From: Octopus bimaculoides
Taxonomy: Eukaryota
NCBI RefSeq assembly: GCF_001194135.2
Contig: NC_068983.1
Span: 152,342,071-152,405,564 of the forward strand
Length of the DNA stretch: 63,494 nt
Direction of reading: 5' to 3'
Below the pieces are notes generated by a model. That model did no database searches. It saw only the letters and a program-made list of their open reading frames with translations, and was not told the origin of the DNA. Numbering within the stretch: position 1 is the first letter of the stretch; each line of letters starts with the position of its first letter. Shown one piece after another: positions 24,741-36,829 of the stretch. A program made the position numbers and the translations under genes.

Positions 24741-25194
24741 CTCGCATGAAAGATAACTCTTTGATAATCTTATGTAGTTACTTCCCTTGAAAATTTTTTT
24801 TTCTTTTTAAACCGATTTCTGATAGGTCTTTAAAATTTGTTAAAAACACAATGAAATAATAGAAGCTGGAGTATAATTGATAAAAGCCAAATGAGTAAAC
24901 TTCAATGTTGCTACTTGTCCTGCGCAAACCAAATGTAGACCGAGTTAAATTTGCCTCGGTCTACACTCTATCGTCATAAAATGAAAGGAAGTACACATTG
25001 TGTAATGCAACCCTAGATACACTATATATAAAAATAAACAAGATGGTCACATCTGGAGTACATATTTTCTTCATATACATGCTCGATGTCTATTGGCTTG
25101 AGGCCTCCCCCACCCCAAGAAAACAAACGAAAAAACTGCTGTTTTGAGAAGAGCAAATTGAAACAAAGATAATATGTATAGGTATGGCATAAGA

Positions 25195-25521
25195 TCACTG
25201 GTACTCCGTCTGTTACGACGATGAGTGTTCCAGTTGATCCGATCAACAGAACAGTCTGGCCGTGAAATTACCGTGCAAATAGCTGAACACTCCACAGGCA
25301 CGTGCACCGGTAACGTAGTTCGCAGGGATATTCCACCTGACACAGAATATGACAAGACCGGCCCTTTCAAATTCGGGTACTACTTACTATTGCCAGCTGA
25401 GTGAACTGGAGCAATGTGAAATAAAGTGTCTTGCTCAAGGGCACAACGCGTCACCGGAAATTGAACTCATGACCTTATGATCGTGAGCCGGATATCCTAA
25501 CCACTAAGCCATGTGCCTTCA
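25195..25521 (-). mobile_element. tRNA-derived SINE (head type E), near full length
   Basis: Colinear with 9909-10180. Confidence 0.8.
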
Positions 25522-25652
25522 TATGTGATAAGGTTAATCGAGAAATAACTATTCAGGTTGGCTCCTCTTCAAGAATCCTATTTATTAATAATCTGGTAAT
25601 GTCAGGTTCAGCTTCTTTCACGACAAAACGTAGTTATTTCCAACCATATTCA

Positions 25653-26149
25653 TCATGTGGTAAGTAGCTTGCTTACCAACCACATGGTCCCGGGTTCAGT
25701 CCCACTGTGTGACACCTTAGGCAAGTATCTTCTACTATAGCCTCGGGCCGACCAAAGCCTTGTGAGTGGATTTGGTAGACGGAAACTGAAAGAAGCCCGT
25801 CGTATATATATATATATATATATATNNNNNNNNNNNNNNNNNNNNNNNNNNNNNNNNNNNNNNNNNNNNNNNNNNNNNNNNNNNNNNNNNNNNNNNNNNN
25901 NNNNNNNNNNNNNNNNNNNNNNNNNNNNNNNNNNNNNNNNNNNNNNNNNNNNNNNNNNNNNNNNCATCGCTTGACAGTCGATGCTGGTGTGTTTACGTCC
26001 CCGTAACTTATTGGTTCGGCAAAAAGAGACCGATAGAATAAGTACTAAGCTTACAAAGAATAAGTCCTGGGGTCGATCTTCTCGACTAAAGGCCGTGCTC
26101 CAGCATGGCCGCAGTCAAATGACTGAAACAAGTAAAAGAGTAAAAGAGT
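25653..26149 (+). mobile_element. SINE family C, near full length, internal (TA)n with gap
   Basis: tRNA-like head GTGGTAAGTAGCTTGCTTACCAACC..GGTTCAGTCCCAC, CORE-like ACCTTAGGCAAGT, internal microsatellite, (GTAAAAGA)n tail. Confidence 0.85.
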
Positions 26150-26454
26150 AATTCGGTTGATCACCTTCCATTAACAACAATAGATTAATCCGAACTGAAT
26201 GATAATTTAATTCAGAGTAAAATTGAGCAACATACTTCAAAGCATTCACACCGGCGCTATCCTCTTCATGCCATCTCAGTGAGAATCAATAATGAACATA
26301 GGTGGATACATCTCAGCGGCCGGATCTTCATAGCCAAGGCACCTAAAATAACTAGAATCAATAAGTCAATCTCTCAAAGACGACAAATGATGAGGCGAGA
26401 TGGTGGTAGGGAGATATAACAGCCACTGTATTATTTAACCGTTTGCAATATGCC

Positions 26455-26888
26455 ACTAAGTATTTTGGCTCGGCGTGCTAACGATTCTACCAGCTCACCG
26501 CCTTAATAATAATCTTGTATAGGTACAAGGCCTGAAATTTTTTAGTGGGGTGGGTTAGTCGATTACATCTACCCCAATGTTTCACCAATACTTAATTCAT
26601 CGAGTGAAGTTGAACTCAAGACGTAAAGATGGACGAAATGCCGCTATGCATTTTGGCCGGCGCACTATCGATTCTGCCAGCACGCTGCTTAAATAATAAT
26701 AATAATAACAATATTTCTTTCTACTAGAAGCACAAGGCTTCAGATTTGGTGGAAAAATTGGGGTTAAGTCGATTACACCGAATCCATTGCGTAACCTCGA
26801 AAGAAATTTGAACTCAGAACATGCAGGCAGACGAAGTGCCGCTAAACATTTCACCTGATGTGCTAACGATTCTGCCAACTCACCACCT

Positions 26889-26890
<2 letters not shown>
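26455..26890 (-). mobile_element. Tandem family-A SINE fragments separated by (AAT)n
   Basis: Three partial copies; the last abuts (AAT)n(AAG)n and the R4/Dong insertion. Confidence 0.75.
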
Positions 26891-26934
<44 letters not shown>

Positions 26935-26959
26935 GAAGAAGAAGAAGAAGAAGAAGAAG

Positions 26960-27934
26960 AAATCCAAACTAAAACTAGAACAGCAATGGACCATGATAAA
27001 ACGATGGCAAGAAAAGCCCCTACATGGTAAATACTGGGCTAAACTAAATGCGAAAGAAATAGACAGAGAAAAATCCCAGCAATGGCTGAGAAGCTCAGGA
27101 CTCAAAGCAGAGACTGAAGGATTNNNNNNNNNNNNNNNNNNNNNNNNNNNNNNNNNNNNNNNNNNNNNNNNNNNNNNNNNNNNNNNNNNNNNNNNNNNNN
27201 NNNNNNNNNNNNNNNNNNNNNNNNNNNNNNNNNNNNNNNNNNNNNNNNNNNNNNNNNNNNNNNNNNNNNNNNNNNNNNNNNNNNNNNNNNNNNNNNNNNN
27301 NNNNNNNNNNNNNNNNNNNNNNNNNNNNNNNNNNNNNNNNNNNNNNNNNNNNNNNNNNNNNNNNNNNNNNNNNNNNNNNNNNNNNNNNNNNNNNNNNNNN
27401 NNNNNNNNNNNNNNNNNNNNNNNNNNNNNNNNNNNNNNNNNNNNNNNNNNNNNNNNNNNNNNNNNNNNNNNNNNNNNNNNNNNNNNNNNNNNNNNNNNNN
27501 NNNNNNNNNNNNNNNNNNNNNNNNNNNNNNNNNNNNNNNNNNNNNNNNNNNNNNNNNNNNNNNNNNNNNNNNNNNNNNNNNNNNNNNNNNNNNNNNNNNN
27601 NNNNNNNNAATGGAAAAACTTTCAAAATACAAAGACCTGGAAATAGAGATAACTCGAATGTGGAGTCTAAAAACAGAAACAATTCCTATCATAGTAGGTG
27701 CCTTAGGTATAATAAAAAAATATTCAGACAAATACATAACAAAAACACCAGGACTTACAAATATATATAACATACAGAAAATTGCACTACTGGGTACTGC
27801 ACACATTCTACGCAAAACACTTTCAATACAGTAAACATAAGAGCACCACAGCAAATCACAGCACATACCCAAGGCGCACAGAGCTGCGCTCGGTAGTGAA
27901 GTGAAAGCACGTTATAAAAATAAAACTACTGAAC
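26960..27934 (+). mobile_element. 5'-truncated R4/Dong-type (RLE) non-LTR retrotransposon in an AAT microsatellite
   Basis: WQEKPLHGKY...QWLRSSGLKAETEG, then after the gap EKLSKYKDLEIEITRMW..TIPIIVGALG..IQKIALLGTAHILRKTL (RLE-domain C-terminus), 3' UTR and (AAT)n tail. Confidence 0.85.
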
Positions 27935-28225
27935 AATAATAATAATAATAATCTTAGTCGATATCATCAACCCTAGTGCGTGACTGGTACTTATTTCAGC
28001 AACCACGAAAGGACGAAAGGCAGAGTCGACTACGGCGGAAATAATAATATTAATGATAATAATAATTTTGCACAATGCCAGCAATTTTAAAGCGAGAAGC
28101 GCTGTTTGGTAACATCGACCTTGTATTTTACTGGTACTTTATTTTACCAACGCGAAGAAATGAAAAGCAAAGCTGATCTCCACGGAATTTGAACTTATAA
28201 AACACGAGGAGAAGTGATAGTAATT

Positions 28226-28483
28226 TACAGTTCTATATTTAAGAGATGAGGAATTATTTACATTATTTACATTATTTACATTTGACGGATATTTGTCCTC
28301 ATCTTGTTTGTTGTTAACACAACGTTTCGGCTGATATACCCTCCAGCCTTCGTCAGGTGTCTTGGGGAAATTTCGAACCTGGGTTCTCATTCCTAATGAT
28401 GTTACTATTATTATATTATTATTATTACTATTATTAATCAGATCGCTGCCGTGAATCGAACTCGGAACCTTGGGGTTAGTAGC
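28226..28483 (-). mobile_element. Family-F SINE with intact minimal hammerhead
   Basis: tRNA-like head (cut by gap at 28484), (AAT)-rich linker, hammerhead, then (AATGTAAAT)n repeat. Confidence 0.8.
28316..28361 (-). ncRNA. Minimal type I hammerhead ribozyme motif
   Basis: Minus strand: GACAC CTGACGA A GGCTG-GAGGGTATAT-CAGCC GAA ACGT T GTGTT. Stem I 5 bp, stem II 5 bp, palindromic stem III. Confidence 0.7.
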
Positions 28484-28920
28484 NNNNNNNNNNNNNNNNN
28501 NNNNNNNNNNNNNNNNNNNNNNNNNNNNNNNNNNNNNNNNNNNNNNNNNNNNNNNNNNNNNNNNNNNNNNNNNNNNNNNNNNNNNNNNNNNNNNNNNNNN
28601 NNNNNNNNNNNNNNNNNNNNNNNNNNNNNNNNNNNNNNNNNNNNNNNNNNNNNNNNNNNNNNNNNNNNNNNNNNNNNNNNNNNNNNNNNNNNNNNNNNNN
28701 NNNNNNNNNNNNNNNNNNNNNNNNNNNNNNNNNNNNNNNNNNNNNNNNNNNNNNNNNNNNNNNNNNNNNNNNNNNNNNNNNNNNNNNNNNNNNNNNNNNN
28801 NNNNNNNNNNNNNNNNNNNNNNNNNNNNNNNNNNNNNNNNNNNNNNNNNNNNNNNNNNNNNNNNNNNNNNNNNNNNNNNNNNNNNNNNNNNNNNNNNNNN
28901 NNNNNNNNNNNNNNNNNNNN

Positions 28921-29151
28921 CTTAGTGTGACAAGGCTGGCCCTTTGAAATACTGGTACAACAGAAGAAAGAGTGGGAGAAAGTTGTGGTGAAAAAGTACA
29001 GCAGGGTTCGCCACCATCGCCTGCCGGAGCCTCGTGGAGCTTTGGGTGTTTTCACTCAATAAACACTCACAGCGCCCGGTCTGGGAATCGAAACCGCGAT
29101 CCTATGACTGCGAGTCCTCTACCCTAACCACTGGGCCATTGCTCCTCCACA
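28921..29151 (-). mobile_element. tRNA-derived SINE (head type D)
   Basis: Colinear with 120-343. Confidence 0.8.
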
Positions 29152-29522
29152 CAAATATATTTGGCTTTATCAATATTCATCATAAACGTCGTACTGCTGT
29201 TTTGTCAAGGGAGCTAATTCTTCCATCAATTATTTCCCTTGCATATAGCGATTTTCTTTTTCTTTTCTACACCATCCATGTATTATTTATTTATTTATTT
29301 ATTTTTGATTTCACACATTGGGCTACAGCCATGCTGGGGTACTGCTTCGAATGCCTTAGTAGAAAAAATTGACCCCAGTACTTATTTCTTTAAGCCTGTA
29401 CCTTATTCTCTCGGACACTTTTTACAGAACCGCTACTTTACCGGGTCGTAAATAAATCAACACCAGCTGTCAAGTTATGGTGGGGCTTATGCACAGACAT
29501 AATGACAAACTACTCATGCACA

Positions 29523-29556
<34 letters not shown>

Positions 29557-29909
29557 CATACCTACATACATGCATACACACACAAAAAAAAAAATTATAC
29601 AGGAAGATGGGATAACCAAGCTTTAATTACAAATTACAACATTTGTTTCTGTGCAGTGGTACCAGCTGCAAGTTGCTGAGTGTTCATTTTCATACCATTA
29701 CATGAAATTATTTTATTAGCAATTACATAAATAAACAACAAACCGCAGCACCTGTGCTCCTACAGTCCATCAGATCTATACACTAACAGAATTCAACGTG
29801 TTTATCCAGCTCAAGGAATAACGTTACTGTATGAAGGCATATGGTAGCCGATAGCAGTATAGGAGCTTTTAAATGCAGCTTATGAAGTTATTAACCGTAT
29901 AATATTGAA

Positions 29910-29920
<11 letters not shown>

Positions 29921-29952
<32 letters not shown>

Positions 29953-29959
29953 GTGTGTG

Positions 29960-30025
<66 letters not shown>
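29921..30025. repeat. (TATC)n + (TG)n compound microsatellite
   Basis: Direct reading. Confidence 0.9.
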
Positions 30026-30027
<2 letters not shown>

Positions 30028-30040
30028 CATGCACACACAC

Positions 30041-30224
30041 GCATGGCTCAGTGGTTAGATCATCGAGCTTACGATCATGAGGTTGTGAGTTCGATTCGCG
30101 GACCGGGCTGGCTATTGTGTTCTTGAGCAAGACACTTTATTTCACGTTGCTCCAGTTAACTCAACTGTAGAAATGAGTTCCGACATCACTGGTGTCAAGC
30201 TGTATCAACCTTTGCCTTCCCCTC
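30041..30224 (+). mobile_element. tRNA-derived SINE, E-like head with a different body
   Basis: GCATGGCTCAGTGGTTAGA..GAGTTCGATTC..TTGAGCAAGACACTTTATTTCACGTTGCTCCAG, then diverges from the E body. Confidence 0.7.
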
Positions 30225-30788
30225 NNNNNNNNNNNNNNNNNNNNNNNNNNNNNNNNNNNNNNNNNNNNNNNNNNNNNNNNNNNNNNNNNNNNNNNNNNNN
30301 NNNNNNNNNNNNNNNNNNNNNNNNNNNNNNNNNNNNNNNNNNNNNNNNNNNNNNNNNNNNNNNNNNNNNNNNNNNNNNNNNNNNNNNNNNNNNNNNNNNN
30401 NNNNNNNNNNNNNNNNNNNNNNNNNNNNNNNNNNNNNNNNNNNNNNNNNNNNNNNNNNNNNNNNNNNNNNNNNNNNNNNNNNNNNNNNNNNNNNNNNNNN
30501 NNNNNNNNNNNNNNNNNNNNNNNNNNNNNNNNNNNNNNNNNNNNNNNNNNNNNNNNNNNNNNNNNNNNNNNNNNNNNNNNNNNNNNNNNNNNNNNNNNNN
30601 NNNNNNNNNNNNNNNNNNNNNNNNNNNNNNNNNNNNNNNNNNNNNNNNNNNNNNNNNNNNNNNNNNNNNNNNNNNNNNNNNNNNNNNNNNNNNNNNNNNN
30701 NNNNNNNNNNNNNNNNNNNNNNNNNNNNNNNNNNNNNNNNNNNNNNNNNNNNNNNNNNNNNNNNNNNNNNNNNNNNNNNNNNNNNNCA

Positions 30789-30829
30789 TACCCAACTAGT
30801 TTCAACAATTTTTTTGTTTATCAATGGTA
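30789..30829 (-). ncRNA. Second copy of the U3-A8 hammerhead-like motif
   Basis: Minus strand: TACCA TTGATAA ACAA-AAAAA-TTGT T GAA ACTAGT T GGGTA. Confidence 0.45.
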
Positions 30830-31009
30830 CAACTGTATATAAAACAAAGGTATTCTAACAGAGCTTAAAATTACGATAGAATTTTCACATGAAATTAAAT
30901 GAGAGGGATTGATGATATCAAAGTAAATGTTCGGTGAAAGAATATAATAAATGTACATTACTAAAAGTTCGGGTATACCGTGTTTTTATAGAATATGTGG
31001 ACACACATA

Positions 31010-31665
31010 CATATGTATATGATGAGCTCCTTTCTGTTTCCGCCGATTAAAGCTACTCACACCACTTTGCTCAGCCCCGAAGCCATAGTGGAAGACACGT
31101 CTGCAAAGTTCCAATCAGTGGGACTGAACCCGGAGACGTGGTTAGAAAGCAAACTACTTACCCCTCGGTCAAGCGATCAAAACACCAAAATATAAAACTA
31201 TATGATTTTCCTATTGTCTTTTCCATTTTGTAACTTCAAGCCATACCATAACTGCGTGTTATTGTAATAGTATCAGGAACGATGATTTAAGTACAATATC
31301 TTATTTTTGTGGAATGTGTAAAAGTGATGACTTACATTCGTTTCCAGTTAATAGCAACGGCAGGAAACAAATTTAAAGGGTTACACGAGTTGGAACCAGT
31401 GGAGAGGTCTTCTTTAACATAATGATTTAAAGAGTAATTGAGAATATACAAAATAATCTGTCTGAGTACTGTTGTTATGTACTGTAGTAAGCGTGGTTGT
31501 ACAGGTAAGAAGCTTACTTACCAACAATGTGATTTTGTGTTCAGTCCCATTGCGCGGCATCTTAGGCAAGTCCTTCCTACTGTAGCTGTAGGCTGACCAA
31601 AGCCTTGTGAGTGAATGTAGTAGAGGGAATGTAGTGTGTGCGTGTGAGAGTATTTGTGTGAATGA

Positions 31666-31701
<36 letters not shown>

Positions 31702-32410
31702 ATGTGTGTTATTTCTTTACTACCCACAAGGGGCTAAACACAGAGGGGACAAACAAGGACATGGAAACAGATTAAGTCGATTATATCGACCCCACTGGTC
31801 AATATAACTGGTACTTATTTAATCGGCCCCAAAACGATGACAGGCAAAGTCGACCTCGGCGGAATTTGAACTCAGAACGTACCGGCAGGCGAAATACGGT
31901 TAAGCATTTCGCTCGGCGTGCTAACGTTTTTGCCAGCTCGCCATCTTGCTGTGTATGTGTGTGTCATAGTTGGTGGTGATAACTGTGTTTTTGTTGTTGC
32001 TCTTTCCCATAATATGTCATATAAAAATGCTCTGGATGGTTTTTTTGTTTTCTTTTGAAGCAATTTCTCCTCATTTTTGCTTTTTTTTACAATAATTGCC
32101 ACCGCGTTTTTAATTTCCTTCTCTTCTTTACACTTGTGAACAGCGGTGTTTTGTTCATTGCTTTCTTGGGGACGGGATTGGCTATTTTATTATGAGCAGC
32201 TATAAGGCAGTGAGCTGGCAAAATTGTTAGCACGTCGGATAAAATGCCTGATGGCATTTCTCCCCGCTCTTGACATCCTGAGTCCAATTTCCGCCAAGGT
32301 CGACGTTGCCTTCTATCACTTTGGAGTCGATAAAATGAGTCCCAGTTGAGTACAGGGGTCAAGGTAACTGAATAAACCGACCCCTAAAATTGCTGGCCTT
32401 GTACTAAAAT
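31010..32410. mobile_element. Cluster of SINEs: family C (31010-31165 -, 31500-31710 +) and family A (31715-31945 -, 32200-32410 +)
   Basis: Matches to family consensus motifs described above. Confidence 0.7.
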
Positions 32411-32742
32411 TTGAACCCATTATGTGCAGCCATGTTTACAAAAGTGACAAGAGGAAAAGCAAAAGAGAATACTTATAAATACATAACATAGCAGTCTGCC
32501 ATAAAATGTGACAAACTCCACCTTCTTGGGAAGTCCTTTCGTTGTGGAATAATCCAAACGCTGAAATAGAAAAATGACTTTTTTAAAATTTGGTAAGACA
32601 GCAAATCTTCGGAACGAGCGAAAACACTTCTTGACAGAGAGACAAACAAACACTAAGTAAAAAATTATAAAAACACACTAAATAAATAAATATAGAATAA
32701 AAAAGGGAAAATGAAAATAACGGATAAAAACATTAAACACTA

Positions 32743-33304
32743 CAGGGTGTTCACAAATTCTGGGTACATGGACTTATTTAAACATGTTGAGAGACAAATT
32801 AATACCTCAAATTGAGCGCCTAGACGGNNNNNNNNNNNNNNNNNNNNNNNNNNNNNNNNNNNNNNNNNNNNNNNNNNNNNNNNNNNNNNNNNNNNNNNNN
32901 NNNNNNNNNNNNNNNNNNNNNNNNNNNNNNNNNNNNNNNNNNNNNNNNNNNNNNNNNNNNNNNNNNNNNNNNNNNNNNNNNNTGGAATGGTCCCCTCGTT
33001 CAGCAGACCTTTCTCCCCTTGACTTCTTTTTCTGGGGTATGTTGAAAGAGAAAGTTTACTCAATAAAGATTACAGATTTAAACCACATGAGAGAACGCAT
33101 TACCAGTCAGTGTGCTGAAATTGATGGCAATGTAGACTTATTTAATCAAGTTCACCTGAATTTTGCAGGGCGCATCAAGTTATGCATTGAAAATGATGGA
33201 AATCATTTTGAAAATATTATTTATTAACATTATAATTAAATAAAATTGTTTTGTTTTAAAAATATGTGTTAATCCTCATGTACCCAGACTTTGTGGACAC
33301 CCTG
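32743..33304 (+). mobile_element. Tc1/mariner-superfamily deletion derivative (maT/rosa-like)
   Basis: TA-flanked TIRs CAGGGTGT(T/C)CACAAA(T/G)TCTGGGTACATG; transposase C-terminus WSPRSADLSPLDFFFWGMLKEKVY...CIENDGNHFE. Confidence 0.85.
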
Positions 33305-33542
33305 TATAGTTATATTTATTTTGGGCATAAGGTAAGAATTTTTTTCTGGGCGCTAAGCTGCCGATTAAACTAATCCAAAACTTGACTGGTATTTTATTTC
33401 ATCAACACCGAAAGGATAACAGGTAAAGTTTATGTTTGTGAGATTTGAACTCAGAACGTAAAGAGTTGGACCGCATAACGCAAGACATATTTCTGCTTGT
33501 CTGACTCTAGCGATTCTGTCAGTTCATTACTCTACATACTAA

Positions 33543-33586
33543 ACAACAACAACTACAACAACTACAGCAGCAGCACAGCAACAATA

Positions 33587-33657
<71 letters not shown>

Positions 33658-33698
33658 CACTATTACTACTACTACTACTACTACTACTAGTATTACTA
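33543..33698. repeat. (ACA/ACT/GCT)n microsatellite
   Basis: Direct reading. Confidence 0.9.
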
Positions 33699-34699
33699 AA
33701 AAATAATGATGGTTTCAAATTTTGGCACTAGACCAGTCGTTGTAGAAGGAGGGAGTAAATCGATTGCATCGACCCCAGCACAAAACTACTACTTGTCTTA
33801 CTGACCCCAAAAGGATGAATGGAAAAATCGATCTCAGCTGAATGTGAGTTGAGATCATGAAATGTCGGAAGAAAAGCGTCTAAGCATTTTGTTCGACGCA
33901 TTACCGATTCTGCCAGCTCGTAAGCGAGAGGTTAAAGGAACATGGAAAGTATAAAACAAAGTACAGTGTTCTAAATAGAAATTGGATGAAGGAAGTCATT
34001 CTGAAAACCATGGGGATGTATCGTCTCCCAAATTATCCTCCAAGACTGCGGGCGCATGTTCTGGACAGGCTCCTTCACTCGTGTTATGTCCCTCTCTGAT
34101 ATCTTTTAAAAATTTGACTGGAGCTGCTTACCTTCCTTTCTCTAACCTTAACTTCATCCCCGAGAAGAAAATGGAAAACAAATGTAGCTGAAGACTTGAC
34201 TGAAAACGAAAGTTTTTGACTTCGTTACTTTCAGTGACATACATCGCAAAACTTCTTTCACTTTTGCCATAGATCGGNNNNNNNNNNTGACCGGAAGGTA
34301 AGAATTTTTATCTGGGCGCTAAGCTGTCGATTAAGCTAATCCCATACTTGACTGGTATTTTATTTCATCAACACCGAAAGGATAACAGGTAAAGTTTATG
34401 TTTGTGAGATTTGAACTCAGAACGTAAAGAGTTGGACCGCAGAGTTACCCGTTTACAGCCGAGCGGATTGGAGCAACGTGAAGCGAAGTGTTTTGCTCAA
34501 GAACACAACGCACCGCCCGCTCTGGGAATCGAAACCACGATCTAATGATCGTGAGTACAACACGCCCAACTGAACGTTTTTTTTTTCGTTTTGCGCGTAC
34601 CTACAGAGTATATATAAAACCAGTTATGCCCTTCGTTAGCTCTGACACGTAACGGATTTGTAGAATTTACCTACAGTAGACGAGACAAAAGTCGTTCGG

Positions 34700-35400
34700 A
34701 AAAAAAAAAAAACAGCTAGTTCATTCTTGTCGAGGTTTGGAGTTTCCAAGAGAATGTCGTCAACTTGCCCTACTGCTATTTGACTATTGACTCCCAACCT
34801 ACGGAAATTACCAACTGTAGAGAGGTTTGAGAGCTTGACAACATTGAAGGTGGCAAACACAAAACCATGGTCTTCATTCGACCCTAGACTACAACGTTAC
34901 CATAGATGTGAGTTATGGAGAATGCCTGACAATGATCGACTACACTCACTTGTTCAGTCTGGATTTCTCTGAAGATGCTGCAGACATAAAATTTCCGTGC
35001 ATCAATAACAATGGCATACCGAACTCTCTGCGTAGAGGATGTTGGACGTAGACGAGTCATTTGAGTAGTGTAACGTGTTTCTTCCACAAGAATCAGAATA
35101 GTGGGCGCACCAAACTAGCCTCAGGAAACGGGGAAAAAGCACAACTATCAGGCAGTAAATTATTATACAGATAATGTAGATATTAATCAACCCTGTCCAG
35201 AAGTTTAACCAATTCGTCGGTCCAGTGCTGTCTGATGGCATTGAATTGCCTCTACTTGTTCTGAGCTGCAACGTCTCCGACTTATCTAAGTTAATCTTTG
35301 CTTCTTACACACCTCATATTCTTTTACGACGGAGCCACTAACTTCGACTTCCATGATGTTAGACCCCATTTCAGTGGCGTAAGTAGGTGGGCGATACGAA
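34700..35400 (-). mobile_element. Decayed L1/Tx1-like LINE fragment
   Basis: VVKEYEV..AKINLDKSETLQL..SMPSDS..GP..KLL and QHPLRREFGMP resemble Tx1/L1 ORF2 downstream of the RT core. Confidence 0.5.
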
Positions 35401-35419
35401 AGAAGCCTACATTGAAATT

Positions 35420-35950
35420 TTGTCTTGATGTGTAGCGTCAAGGTCTCTGTTTTCATTGGGCAATAAGATTTAATGAAAGTTTAGAGGCTGATTTAGTTCA
35501 GATAGAGAAGACATCCCTTTTGAGTAGTAACTAAACTCTCCTAGTAATTGTAGTTGCTTAGCATCTCTTCGTGTCAAGTAATCTTTCCAGGTCAGATTGC
35601 AGTAATTATTCTGTTTTGTATCCAAGGTAACAAATTGATGTTCGAATATGGAAGATATTTGTCATTTTCCAACTTGTGGTATTAAGTCTTTTAGTAAATG
35701 AAATAAATTGAGTCAAGTTCTCATCCTGACCCTCAATAGTTTTGCTAACGCCAATAATATCGCCAAGATAAGCGTGGAATTCTTTGATGTCTTTAAGAAG
35801 TGTTTACAGCATTTGTCACACCAAATGATAAGAAGGCAAACTAAAATGAACATAGAAATCACTTTGAAATGCGGTTTATCCTTATCGTTATTGTGGAATC
35901 TAATGGTTTGCTCCTTTCAAGCCGTGCTTGCGGGATAATTTACTGAAGAG
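35420..35950 (-). mobile_element. Decayed Gypsy-type reverse transcriptase relic
   Basis: FGVTNA...FHAYLGDIIGVSKTIEGQDENL...ICYLGYK..GEFSYY match the Gypsy RT pattern PFGxxNAP..AYLDDI..EEHxxNL..LGY. Confidence 0.5.
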
Positions 35951-36569
35951 TATGGAACGTATATGATCTTCAATATTAGGAAATGGATTGACATGGAAAA
36001 AACAGAAGCGATTTATCATTTGTGAGCAGTTGATAAAGAGTTGTTTACTCTTGAGCTCGCCATGGAGAGGTTGAGGGCTCAATAAATCTATCACCAAGAA
36101 TCCATTTAATCTCTTTCTTAAAAAAAAATCATTGAGTGGAGCAAAGCGACAAGATTGAGAAGTATTGGTTTGAATTCATTGTATACTGGAGTAAAAAAGT
36201 GATGTGTGAGTCACCAACATTGTAAGAAGTCGGCAATGGTAAGAGTTTTAAAGATTATCTAAGTTAAAATGTCTTTTTGTGTAACCCGTTGGTGCGGCGG
36301 GATATTAAAACACCGAGAGTGGAGTGTAGGTGTGATTTACCTCAGGTATTTCATTTCCTTTTTTATTAGTTTTACAATTATCCATCAAGAGTTTCTGTAC
36401 AATTTGTTTCTAAAAATACATTTTAATCTTATAGAAATTGAAAAAGAAATGAAAAACTCTAAGGCAGGCAAACAAAAAGAGAAGGCATTTTATTTGGCAA
36501 ACCATTTGATGCTTACTATCTAGGACCTGTCACCGCTTGCATTCTCGTCCTCCTCGTCACCTTCACCAT

Positions 36570-36700
36570 AGAAGTGAACACAAACCATAAATGTATGATC
36601 TAAACAGATGGGTTTCGAACACCTCTGACAGCTATTGTTCGTCTGTCGCGCCCTTTGATCTGGGGCACAATGAGTATCTTTATTGAGAATTTTCACAACA
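36570..36700 (-). mobile_element. Possible piggyBac C-terminal cysteine-rich domain relic
   Basis: THCAPDQRARQTNNSCQRCSKPICLDHTFMVC. Confidence 0.4.
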
Positions 36701-36829
36701 AAGTAATCATAATTATATATTATGAATACAATAACAACACAAATGCATATTATGTTGTCTATACCACCACTGAACCTTAGGACACACATATAAGATAATA
36801 AAGGAAATATATGCTTTAAAATTACCCAG

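Noticed and set aside
24934-24965. Perfect 11-bp hairpin TGTAGACCGAG/CTCGGTCTACA upstream of the GPN2 promoter candidate
   Set aside because: It appears to lie in an old repeat fragment; no function can be supported from sequence alone.
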